Below are positions 8,111-15,087 of a stretch of DNA of 64,000 bases, one piece after another. Below the pieces are notes generated by a model. It was not told where the DNA came from. It worked only from the letters and a program-made list of their open reading frames with translations, and did no database searches. Both the position numbers and the translations under genes were made by a program. The first letter of the stretch is position 1. Each line of letters opens with the position of its first letter. Source of the stretch: a virus; IMG/VR virus record IMGVR_UViG_3300045988_112022, one strand, 5' to 3'.

Positions 8111-8302
8111 ATGAAGAAATCATTAGAAGATTACAAAGAAATGGTTGTAAAACCGCAGTTTGATTGGATTAAAATCCATTGGAAAGGATGGATGTTGATT
8201 ATGATAATTTCGGCATGTATACCATATATCGTATATTACGGCAATGATATTGTAGATTCTATTAAAACAAAATTCTCAAAGGAGGAAGAGGAAAATGAGT
8301 GA
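8111..8302 (+). CDS. Small membrane protein
   Basis: AAAGGAGG RBS; one TM helix (WMLIMIISACIPYIVYY). Confidence 0.6.
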   Translation: MKKSLEDYKEMVVKPQFDWIKIHWKGWMLIMIISACIPYIVYYGNDIVDSIKTKFSKEEEENE

Positions 8303-8408
8303 TGTATTAATCGCAATTGTTGGAGGTATATTTATCTACCTGTTATTAAACAGAGGTAAATAACTCAGCAAGAAAGGGGTGATCATTCATTAGCCTCTTT
8401 CTTTTATT

Positions 8409-8436
8409 TTCGCGAAATATACGCGGACTATTATGA
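8409..8436 (+). promoter_or_regulatory. Conserved phage element copy (TTCGCG-N15-ATTATGA)
   Basis: TTCGCGAAATATACGCGGACTATTATGA. Confidence 0.5.
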
Positions 8437-8471
8437 AAGAATAAAACATTTAAATTTGCAGGAGGATCATT

Positions 8472-8660
8472 ATGTCTGAAGAAATCAAAGAGTTAACTGA
8501 CAAAGAAGCAATGAAAATACTCGGGGAATTTGCAACTGCATGCTACGTCAAAGGAGTAAAAGATGCTCTGATTGGAGTTAGTGTTGGGGGCAATATTTGG
8601 AGTGGTAATTGCGGGCGGGTTCGAAGTTATCAATCTGTGGAAAGACAAAAAGAAAACTGA
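8472..8660 (+). CDS. Small membrane protein whose frame is interrupted at a G5 tract; a more plausible C-terminus continues in the +1 frame to 8712
   Basis: AGGAGG RBS. After GVSVGG the annotated frame gives NIWSGNCGRVRSYQSVERQKEN. The +1 frame gives AIFGVVIAGGFEVINLWKDKKKTEKQIKEFNTFVKEEIES, ending in the conserved hairpin. Confidence 0.5.
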   Translation: MSEEIKELTDKEAMKILGEFATACYVKGVKDALIGVSVGGNIWSGNCGRVRSYQSVERQKEN

Positions 8661-8703
8661 GAAACAAATTAAAGAATTTAATACTTTTGTAAAGGAAGAG
8701 ATT

Positions 8704-8729
8704 GAGTCCTAACCAGGGCTCTTTCTTTT
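8704..8729 (+). terminator. Conserved hairpin terminator (GAGTCC-TAACCA-GGGCTC)
   Basis: Hairpin followed by TTTCTTTT. Confidence 0.55.
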
Positions 8730-8755
8730 CGCGAAAAAACCATCTTCTTTAATGA
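8728..8755 (+). promoter_or_regulatory. Conserved phage element copy (TTCGCG-N15-TTAATGA)
   Basis: TTCGCGAAAAAACCATCTTCTTTAATGA. It is followed by an ORF-free interval rather than an RBS. Confidence 0.5.
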
Positions 8756-8885
8756 GAGAAAGAAGCGGCAGTAGTGAGTCGTGGGAGAATGTCCCACCAG
8801 CTGAGATGCTGTCACATAAGAACTAAGACTGGGCGACTCCCAGGCAGGAAATGAACTGTATAAGACCACACTTTCTTTTTTTTTC
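8756..8885 (+). ncRNA. Candidate small structured RNA (promoter-like element to T-run, no RBS or ORF)
   Basis: About 130 nt containing perfect hairpins GTGGGA-GAATG-TCCCAC, CAGC-TGAGAT-GCTG and CTGGG-CGACT-CCCAG, ending in CTTTCTTTTTTTTT. No + strand ORF. Confidence 0.3.
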
Positions 8886-8910
8886 GTTAAATTTACAACC
8901 CATATTATGA
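8883..8910 (+). promoter_or_regulatory. Conserved phage element copy (variant TTCGTT-N15-ATTATGA)
   Basis: TTCGTTAAATTTACAACCCATATTATGA followed by AGAAAGGAG. Confidence 0.45.
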
Positions 8911-8927
8911 AGAAAGGAGAGATTAAT

Positions 8928-9005
8928 ATGAGTATACATACGGAAATTAACGGACCTGAAAAGAAGTATTTAGAGGATTTATGCAACACTAGATGGGTAA
9001 AATGA
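8928..9005 (+). CDS. 25-aa mini-ORF
   Basis: AAAGGAGAG RBS before ATG 8928. Its stop overlaps the next ATG (ATGA). Confidence 0.25.
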   Translation: MSIHTEINGPEKKYLEDLCNTRWVK

Positions 9006-9118
9006 AACAGCCATGTAAGGGTTGCAAATATAGATATCCTCTAAACAATAAATTAAGGTGCTGCATATTCCCATCAATACCGAGAGATTGGTCATTCTTG
9101 GAAAGAAACGAGTCCTAA
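9002..9118 (+). CDS. 38-aa Cys-rich mini-ORF
   Basis: MKQPCKGCKYRYPLNNKLRCCIFPSIPRDWSFLERNES; ends ..ES-stop in the conserved hairpin like its neighbours. Confidence 0.3.
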   Translation: MKQPCKGCKYRYPLNNKLRCCIFPSIPRDWSFLERNES

Positions 9119-9135
9119 CAAGGGCTCTTTCTTTT
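9110..9135 (+). terminator. Conserved hairpin terminator (GAGTCC-TAACAA-GGGCTC)
   Basis: Hairpin followed by TTTCTTTT. Confidence 0.55.
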
Positions 9136-9163
9136 CTCGCGAAAAAATCAACTCCTTTAATGA
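9136..9163 (+). promoter_or_regulatory. Conserved phage element copy (variant CTCGCG-N15-TTAATGA)
   Basis: CTCGCGAAAAAATCAACTCCTTTAATGA. Confidence 0.5.
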
Positions 9164-9266
9164 GAGAAAGGCGGTTGACTATACCGCATAAACGCTAAGG
9201 GCGAGAAGGAATTAAAGACTTAGCACTTTCTCTTTTACTTTTTACACACGCGAAAGGAGAAATCGT
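9164..9266 (+). promoter_or_regulatory. Structured ~100-nt leader upstream of paralog A (possible attenuator)
   Basis: Starts GAGAGAAAGGCGG, like the 8756 unit. Hairpins GCGGT-TGACTAT-ACCGC and GCTAAG...CTTAGC are followed by a T-rich tract before the RBS. Confidence 0.3.
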
Positions 9267-10040
9267 ATGAACGTAAAAATGACACTCAGAAGAAACTCAC
9301 CAAAGCTCCTGGCAATACTCGCTGCGATGGGGACGGTATCTACGGCATTCGCAACGGCGAGAGCCACACCAAAAGCACTGTTACTTATTCAGGAGGCGGA
9401 AGCTCAAAAAGGAGAGGATTTGACTGCACTTGAAAAAGTTAAAGTAGCTGCAGTGCCTTATGTTCCAGCAGTGTTACTTGGCTCGGCTACTATTGCGTGC
9501 ATATTTGGAGTTCAGATGTTGAATCGAAAGACTCAATCCTCTATGACCAGTGCATACGCTTTGTTGGATCAGGGCTTTAAAGACTATCGGCGAAAACTTA
9601 AGGAATTATACGGTGACGAGGCAGATAAGAAAGTTATCGAAGCTCTGGCGGTAGAGAAGTCTCAAACAGTATATATCAATGCCTCCTATTTGGATGGACC
9701 TTGTGATTTAGCCCTAGAAGAAAATTCATCTAAACCGGTTCTCTGGTACGATGAATATTCAAAGAGATTCTTCACAGCCAGTCTCGAACAGGTTCTCATG
9801 GCAGAATACCACCTGAACCGAAATTATATTCTCAGAGGAGAAGCTGTGATAAACGAACTGTATGAATTCCTCGGCCTGGAGCCTACTGATTGGGGTGCTG
9901 AAGCCGGATGGGCTCCGATGGATGAAGGAATGTTCTGGATCGAATTCAACCACATTCCGGCAAAACTTGATGATGGTTCCGTCTTTTATATTATTGAAAT
10001 GCCGTTCGAACCAATTCTGAACTATGATGAATATTACTGA
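9267..10040 (+). CDS. Two-TM phage protein, paralog A of a three-member family
   Basis: AAAGGAG RBS. N-terminal SPKLLAILAAMG..ATPKAL helix, a second helix, then a YALLDQGFKDYRRKL amphipathic segment. Confidence 0.75.
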   Translation: MNVKMTLRRNSPKLLAILAAMGTVSTAFATARATPKALLLIQEAEAQKGEDLTALEKVKVAAVPYVPAVLLGSATIACIFGVQMLNRKTQSSMTSAYALLDQGFKDYRRKLKELYGDEADKKVIEALAVEKSQTVYINASYLDGPCDLALEENSSKPVLWYDEYSKRFFTASLEQVLMAEYHLNRNYILRGEAVINELYEFLGLEPTDWGAEAGWAPMDEGMFWIEFNHIPAKLDDGSVFYIIEMPFEPILNYDEYY

Positions 10041-10068
10041 CTCGCGAGAATTCCAACGACTTTAACGG
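10041..10068 (+). promoter_or_regulatory. Conserved phage element copy (variant CTCGCG-N15-TTAACGG)
   Basis: CTCGCGAGAATTCCAACGACTTTAACGG followed by AAAGGAGG. Confidence 0.45.
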
Positions 10069-10086
10069 AAAGGAGGTATACTAGAA

Positions 10087-10239
10087 ATGAAGAAATATGA
10101 TTTAATAAAAATGGCTGGTTGGATTGCTGTGGCTATTGGCGGATTAGTTGCTAGCTGGGCTACAGATAAGCAGTCGAAAGAAGAAATCGACAAAAAACTT
10201 GAAGAGTATATTACCGAGAAAACAGATAAGGAGTCCTAA
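10087..10239 (+). CDS. 50-aa membrane peptide (below the ORF-track cutoff)
   Basis: AAAGGAGG RBS. MKKYDLIKMAGWIAVAIGGLVASW...; ends ..KES-stop in a hairpin variant. Confidence 0.5.
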   Translation: MKKYDLIKMAGWIAVAIGGLVASWATDKQSKEEIDKKLEEYITEKTDKES

Positions 10240-10260
10240 TGGGCTTCTTATTTTTGTTTT
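10231..10260 (+). terminator. Variant of the conserved hairpin (GAGTCC-TAAT-GGGCTT)
   Basis: Hairpin followed by CTTATTTTTGTTTT. Confidence 0.45.
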
Positions 10261-10292
10261 AACAAAACTATGTTCATTTGAAAGGAGATATC

Positions 10293-11099
10293 ATGAACAA
10301 ATCTGTAACAAAATTCATTAAAACTGTGAAACGAGGATTCGGAAAACGAAGTCCTGAGATTCTGCTCGGGATTGGCATTGCGAGCGGCATTACCGCGACT
10401 GTCTTAGCGGTTAAAGCTACCCCGAAAGCATTGGAACTTCTGACTGAAAAGAGATATGAGAAATATGGCGATACGTTGAAAGAAGATGATTCGTACGATG
10501 ATATGCCAGAACTCAAGCCCGTTGAAGTAGTCAAAACCACATGGAAATGTTACATTCCAGCAGCTATCAGTGGTGCTGCATCCATCGCTTGTCTGCTCGG
10601 ATCTCATTCGGTACATGCGAAAAGAAATGCCGCACTGGCTACAGCCTATAAATTATCCGAAACGGCACTGAACGAATACCGTGAAAAAGTTGTAGAGGAA
10701 ATCGGTGAAGAGAAAGAGAAAGTCATCCGAGATAAAGTTTCCCAGAAACATCTGGACGAGACGCCTGTATCCAAAAACGAAGTGATCATCACAGGGACTG
10801 GTAAGCAGCTTTGCTATGACGGCATTTCCGGACGATATTTTGAATCAGACATTCAGACAATCCGCGCTGCAGTCAACAAGATCAATGAAACCATGGTGTA
10901 CGAGATGTATGCGGCATTAAATGATTTCTATAATGAAATCGGTTTGAGTAATACAGACATGGGTGATGAACTTGGCTGGAATCTTGATGATGGTTTACTC
11001 GAAATAAGTTACGGAGCCATGGTCGCGGATGACGGTAGACCTTGCATTACTCTGGACTATCATATTGCGCCGAGATACGACTTCTCAAAGCTTATGTAG
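10293..11099 (+). CDS. Two-TM phage protein, paralog B
   Basis: AAAGGAG RBS before ATG 10293. SPEILLGIGIASGITATVLAVKATPKALELL and NAALATAYKLSETALNEYREKV align with paralogs A and C. Confidence 0.75.
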   Translation: MNKSVTKFIKTVKRGFGKRSPEILLGIGIASGITATVLAVKATPKALELLTEKRYEKYGDTLKEDDSYDDMPELKPVEVVKTTWKCYIPAAISGAASIACLLGSHSVHAKRNAALATAYKLSETALNEYREKVVEEIGEEKEKVIRDKVSQKHLDETPVSKNEVIITGTGKQLCYDGISGRYFESDIQTIRAAVNKINETMVYEMYAALNDFYNEIGLSNTDMGDELGWNLDDGLLEISYGAMVADDGRPCITLDYHIAPRYDFSKLM

Positions 11100-11100
11100 A

Positions 11101-11128
11101 TTCGCGAAAAATACATATTGTTTAATGG
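11101..11128 (+). promoter_or_regulatory. Conserved phage element copy (TTCGCG-N15-TTAATGG)
   Basis: TTCGCGAAAAATACATATTGTTTAATGG. Confidence 0.5.
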
Positions 11129-11163
11129 AAAGAATATAAAAATCTGAAAGGAGATTATTTAAG

Positions 11164-11472
11164 ATGAAAGAAATCAAAGCAGAAGAGGTTAAAGAAGTTG
11201 AGGTAACTACAGAAGAGAATACGGAGACAGAAGTAGCCACTGAAGAAGTTAAGGAATCAAAGCTTAAAGCTTTTGGAACGAAAGTAAAAAGCGGGTTACA
11301 GAAACACGGAAAGAATATTGCAAAAGGTGCAGTGATCGGACTGGGTTTGGTAGCAGCTTATGCGATCGGATCAAGAGCTGGAGGCAGCGATGATGATTCT
11401 GACGTGGTAGCTGATTCCGATTATGTAATCGACGAAGCTGAATCTACCGATGATGAAGCATCAGAAAACTAA
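11164..11472 (+). CDS. Acidic protein with a central TM helix
   Basis: AAAGGAG RBS. E-rich N-terminus, GAVIGLGLVAAYAIG helix, D/E-rich C-terminus. Confidence 0.65.
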   Translation: MKEIKAEEVKEVEVTTEENTETEVATEEVKESKLKAFGTKVKSGLQKHGKNIAKGAVIGLGLVAAYAIGSRAGGSDDDSDVVADSDYVIDEAESTDDEASEN

Positions 11473-11492
11473 GATTTATATTCTCTAACAGG

Positions 11493-11528
11493 GGAGTACC
11501 TATAACAAGGTATTCCTCTTTTTGTTTT
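11493..11528 (+). terminator. Intrinsic terminator
   Basis: GGAGTACC-TATAACAA-GGTATTCC followed by TCTTTTTGTTTT. Confidence 0.5.
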
Positions 11529-11547
11529 CAACGGAAAGGAGCGTATC

Positions 11548-11739
11548 ATGCCCAGGTATATTTACAAAGGTCCGGTCATGGAATTCAACACTCTTCTTGC
11601 TGATATTTGGGAGGGAGAGACTGTTGCTCCTTCTGAGAAGAAAGCAAGGAGTAATTTAACATATCAGTTTAAGAAAAGAAATAACCGTATTGCGGGAACA
11701 CGCATAACGTTACCCGGAAAAATTATGATGGTTGATTAA
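11548..11739 (+). CDS. Hypothetical protein
   Basis: AAAGGAG RBS; 63 aa. Confidence 0.6.
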   Translation: MPRYIYKGPVMEFNTLLADIWEGETVAPSEKKARSNLTYQFKKRNNRIAGTRITLPGKIMMVD

Positions 11740-11752
11740 GAGAGGAGAACTC

Positions 11753-12343
11753 ATGGAAGATTATAAATCAAATTCCCATAAAGCAAAAGCTGAAGCTAAA
11801 GAAGCTGCTGAGAAAAAAGTAAATAAGGTCGTTACCGGTAATGTTAAGAGAAAAAAGAAGAGTGAGGTAAGCAAATTCAAAGATGTATTTATCTCCGAGG
11901 ATGTATCTAATGTCAAAACTTATATTTTTCTTGACGTGCTGGTACCGGCAATCAAGAAAGCTGTCTCAGATATTGTGAAAGACGGAATCGATATGATGTT
12001 ATATGGAGACAAACGAAGCAGCAGTCGTGGCTCATCCAGTTATGTATCATATAGATCATATTCCGATAACACGAGTCGTAACTCAAGAAGGTCGATAAGA
12101 GCCAGCTACGATTTTGATGATGTGGTGTTCGATACCCGAGGCGAGGCTGATGAAGTGTTATCCAGCATGGACGAATTGATGGATACTTACGGAGTTGTCA
12201 GTGTTGCTGATATGTATGATTTATGTGGCATGACTTGTAACTACACAGACAATAAATACGGTTGGAAGAGCCTTGCCAGAGCTGATATCTTAAGTGTTCG
12301 GGACGGTTACATGATCAAACTTCCAAAGGCAGAACCGATTTAA
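11753..12343 (+). CDS. Hypothetical protein with basic N-terminus and Ser/Arg-rich centre
   Basis: AGAGGAG RBS before ATG 11753. Confidence 0.65.
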   Translation: MEDYKSNSHKAKAEAKEAAEKKVNKVVTGNVKRKKKSEVSKFKDVFISEDVSNVKTYIFLDVLVPAIKKAVSDIVKDGIDMMLYGDKRSSSRGSSSYVSYRSYSDNTSRNSRRSIRASYDFDDVVFDTRGEADEVLSSMDELMDTYGVVSVADMYDLCGMTCNYTDNKYGWKSLARADILSVRDGYMIKLPKAEPI

Positions 12344-12352
12344 GGAGAAGAT

Positions 12353-12694
12353 ATGGAAGATCTAAAAGAGATTATTTTAAAAACTGAATACAGTAATAAA
12401 TTCGATGAGATTAGAAAAAACCTCGTCGTGCAGTCATATTTCAAATACGGGAAAGCTTCAAGAAATTTCGTAGCAGGGTATGTGGATGCGATTGGATCGC
12501 TTAAAAAGTGTATTCAGAAATTTGAAGAAACAGGTAACTTAGAATATCTGGCAGACGCTGCAAACTATTGCATGTTCAGATACATGTATCCACAAACAGG
12601 AGAATATTTCAAGCATACTGATTCCAACGAATCTGCCGGAATTGATGGTATGTCAGTAAAAGAAATCGAAGAGTTTAAAAAGGAGAACGAATAA
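12353..12694 (+). CDS. Hypothetical protein
   Basis: AAGGAG RBS; 113 aa. Confidence 0.65.
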   Translation: MEDLKEIILKTEYSNKFDEIRKNLVVQSYFKYGKASRNFVAGYVDAIGSLKKCIQKFEETGNLEYLADAANYCMFRYMYPQTGEYFKHTDSNESAGIDGMSVKEIEEFKKENE

Positions 12695-13626
12695 TGAAAA
12701 AATTAGCATTTATGAATACTATTTCCAGATCAGCACACAGAATGGCATTTAAGCTTCAGAAACACAGCCCGGAAATCCTTGTGGTGGCTGGAGTAATCGG
12801 CGCGGTGGCAAGTGCAGTGATGGCTTGCAAGGCCACAACTAAACTGGGCGATATTTTAGACGACTCCAGAGATAAAATTGATTCCATTCATGATGTGATT
12901 GAGAATCCGGATAAGGTTAATGCGGAGTATACACAGGAAGACGGAAACAAAGATCTTGCTATTGTATATACGCAGACCGCTCTGAAGGTTGCTAAAGTTT
13001 ATGCTCCTGCGGTTATTCTCGGAGGATTATCTATCACGGCTATTCTTACGTCTAACAATATTCTCAGAAAGAGGAACATTGCACTGGCTGCAGCTTACAC
13101 AGCAGTCGACAAAAGCTTCAAAGAATATCGTGGAAGAGTCGTTGAAAGATTCGGAAAGGAATTGGATAAAGAGCTCCGTTACAACATCAAAGCTAAGGAA
13201 GTGGAAGAGACTGTTACCGACGAAAAAGGTAACGAAAAAACTGTGAAAAAGACTGTCGACGTAGTAGATCCAAATGCCATCAGTGAATTTGCGAAATTCT
13301 TCGATGATGGATGCATTGGATGGACCAAAGATCCGGAACTCAATATGATTTTCTTACGCCAGCAGGAAGCAGCGGCAACTAAACGTCTGGAAGATCGTGG
13401 ACATTTATTCTTGAATGAAGTATACGATATGCTTGGCATCCCACACACAAGAGCAGGTCAGATTGTAGGATGGATCTATGATAAAAAGAATCCGATCGGT
13501 GATAACTATGTCGATTTCGGCATTTACGATACTAGCAAAGAAGCGAATCGTAACTTTGTGAACGGATACGAAAGAACAATTCTGCTTGATTTCAATGTTG
13601 ATGGAAACATCCTTGATCTAATGTGA
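12694..13626 (+). CDS. Two-TM phage protein, paralog C
   Basis: SPEILVVAGVIGAVASAVMACKATTKL, NIALAAAYTAVDKSFKEYRGRV and a C-terminal GW..LDF segment align with paralogs A and B. Confidence 0.75.
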   Translation: MKKLAFMNTISRSAHRMAFKLQKHSPEILVVAGVIGAVASAVMACKATTKLGDILDDSRDKIDSIHDVIENPDKVNAEYTQEDGNKDLAIVYTQTALKVAKVYAPAVILGGLSITAILTSNNILRKRNIALAAAYTAVDKSFKEYRGRVVERFGKELDKELRYNIKAKEVEETVTDEKGNEKTVKKTVDVVDPNAISEFAKFFDDGCIGWTKDPELNMIFLRQQEAAATKRLEDRGHLFLNEVYDMLGIPHTRAGQIVGWIYDKKNPIGDNYVDFGIYDTSKEANRNFVNGYERTILLDFNVDGNILDLM

Positions 13627-13703
13627 ATGACAGGACTCAATAGTATTGGGTCGGGGAATACCTATAGGGATATTTACGATCGCGTTTGGTGAAAGGAGAA
13701 ATC

Positions 13704-13955
13704 ATGACAGGTAGAGAACTTATCATATTCATTCTGGAAAATAATTTGGAAAACGTGTCCATATTCGATGGTGATACGCTTCCTGGTCTTATGACCCTGG
13801 ACGAAGCTGCTGTCAAATGGCATAGTGGCAGAAATACTTTAAAAGCTCTTTTCGAAATGGGAAAAATACCCGGAGTGATAATCGACGAAAAGATTTATAT
13901 TCATAAGAGCGTAGAGAACCCATTTTCAAAGGAAGGGAAAGACCATGATAAATAA
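13704..13955 (+). CDS. Possible HTH DNA-binding protein
   Basis: AAAGGAG RBS before ATG 13704. MTLDEAAVKWHSGRNTLKALFEMGKIPG resembles an excisionase/MerR-type HTH. Confidence 0.55.
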   Translation: MTGRELIIFILENNLENVSIFDGDTLPGLMTLDEAAVKWHSGRNTLKALFEMGKIPGVIIDEKIYIHKSVENPFSKEGKDHDK

Positions 13956-14499
13956 AATTCTTATATTTGCTGCAGGAGTCGCTATTGGCTCCGCAGTAAC
14001 ATGGAAACTCGTAAAGGGTAAATATAAAAAACTGGCTGACGAGGAAATTGCTTCAGTAAAGGAAGTATGGAGTAAGAAACATCCGGCTAGTGAAGGTATC
14101 GCTGAGGCATGTGTAAAAGAAGGCGTGGACGTTGATGTTACGCTACAACCTAGAAAGAATCCGGATTTCAAAGATTATAGAGCGATGCAGGAAATCATTG
14201 ATAAAAATAGTTATAAAGAGGAGGATTATATGGATAAATATGTTATTTCACCGGAAGAATTCGGCGAAAGCGAACTTCCATCTGAAAGCCTGACATATTG
14301 GGCGGATGGAATTGTTACTGATGAGGCAAATTGTGTTATGGATGAAGACGACATTGAAGAAACTATTGGAAGTGATGCTCTGAATCATTTCGGTGAATAT
14401 GAGGACGATTCGGTATTTGTCAGAAACGAAACACTGGATAAAGAGTATGAGATTCTCATGGACACTCGAAGATTCAGTGACGTCTATCCTACACGATAG
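13945..14499 (+). CDS. Hypothetical protein with N-terminal TM helix and acidic C-terminus
   Basis: 184-aa ORF; start overlaps the previous gene. Confidence 0.65.
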   Translation: MINKILIFAAGVAIGSAVTWKLVKGKYKKLADEEIASVKEVWSKKHPASEGIAEACVKEGVDVDVTLQPRKNPDFKDYRAMQEIIDKNSYKEEDYMDKYVISPEEFGESELPSESLTYWADGIVTDEANCVMDEDDIEETIGSDALNHFGEYEDDSVFVRNETLDKEYEILMDTRRFSDVYPTR

Positions 14500-14510
14500 G
14501 AGAAGAATGG

Positions 14511-15062
14511 ATGGATAAAAACAATATTATCAACGAATATTTCGAATGGATGACTAATATTGTCTGCGGAAAGAGGTTTTCAGGCAAGATGACTTATAAA
14601 AAACTTCTTTCATGCTTACATATGATTACGTTCAGATGTGAAATGCGAAGCGACGAAAACCGAGCTGAGGATGGCGTAGATCTTAGATGGCGATTTGCTG
14701 TCGATACAGACAGAGAAAATCAGAATGATTGGATTAGAGATTGTCTCGAAGGTCCATGCAGTGTTCTGGAGATGATGGTGGCTTTGGCCATTAGGATCGA
14801 GGAGACTATCATGGACAATCCGGCACTCGGCGATCGAACCGGGCAATGGTTTTGGGGAATGATCACGACCATGGGCCTTGGAGCTATGAACGATAATAAT
14901 TTTGATAAGAAATCTGCTGGAAATATCGTAAATACATTTCTGGATAGACAGTATAAGTCAGACGGGGATGGCGGTTTATTCAGAATTCGAGGCGTTGACG
15001 TGGATTTAACAAAAGTGGACATTTGGACACAATTGTGCTGGTATCTCGACAGCATATCTTAA
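14511..15062 (+). CDS. Hypothetical protein
   Basis: AGGAG RBS; 183 aa. Confidence 0.65.
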   Translation: MDKNNIINEYFEWMTNIVCGKRFSGKMTYKKLLSCLHMITFRCEMRSDENRAEDGVDLRWRFAVDTDRENQNDWIRDCLEGPCSVLEMMVALAIRIEETIMDNPALGDRTGQWFWGMITTMGLGAMNDNNFDKKSAGNIVNTFLDRQYKSDGDGGLFRIRGVDVDLTKVDIWTQLCWYLDSIS

Positions 15063-15087
15063 ATCTTGAAAGGAGAAGCATAGTGTA

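Noticed and set aside
8605-8640. tRNA-like GGTTCGAAG T-loop-like string
   Set aside because: The flanks cannot form a T-stem or an acceptor stem, and it lies inside coding sequence. I found no convincing tRNA anywhere in the window by eye; a tRNAscan run would settle it.
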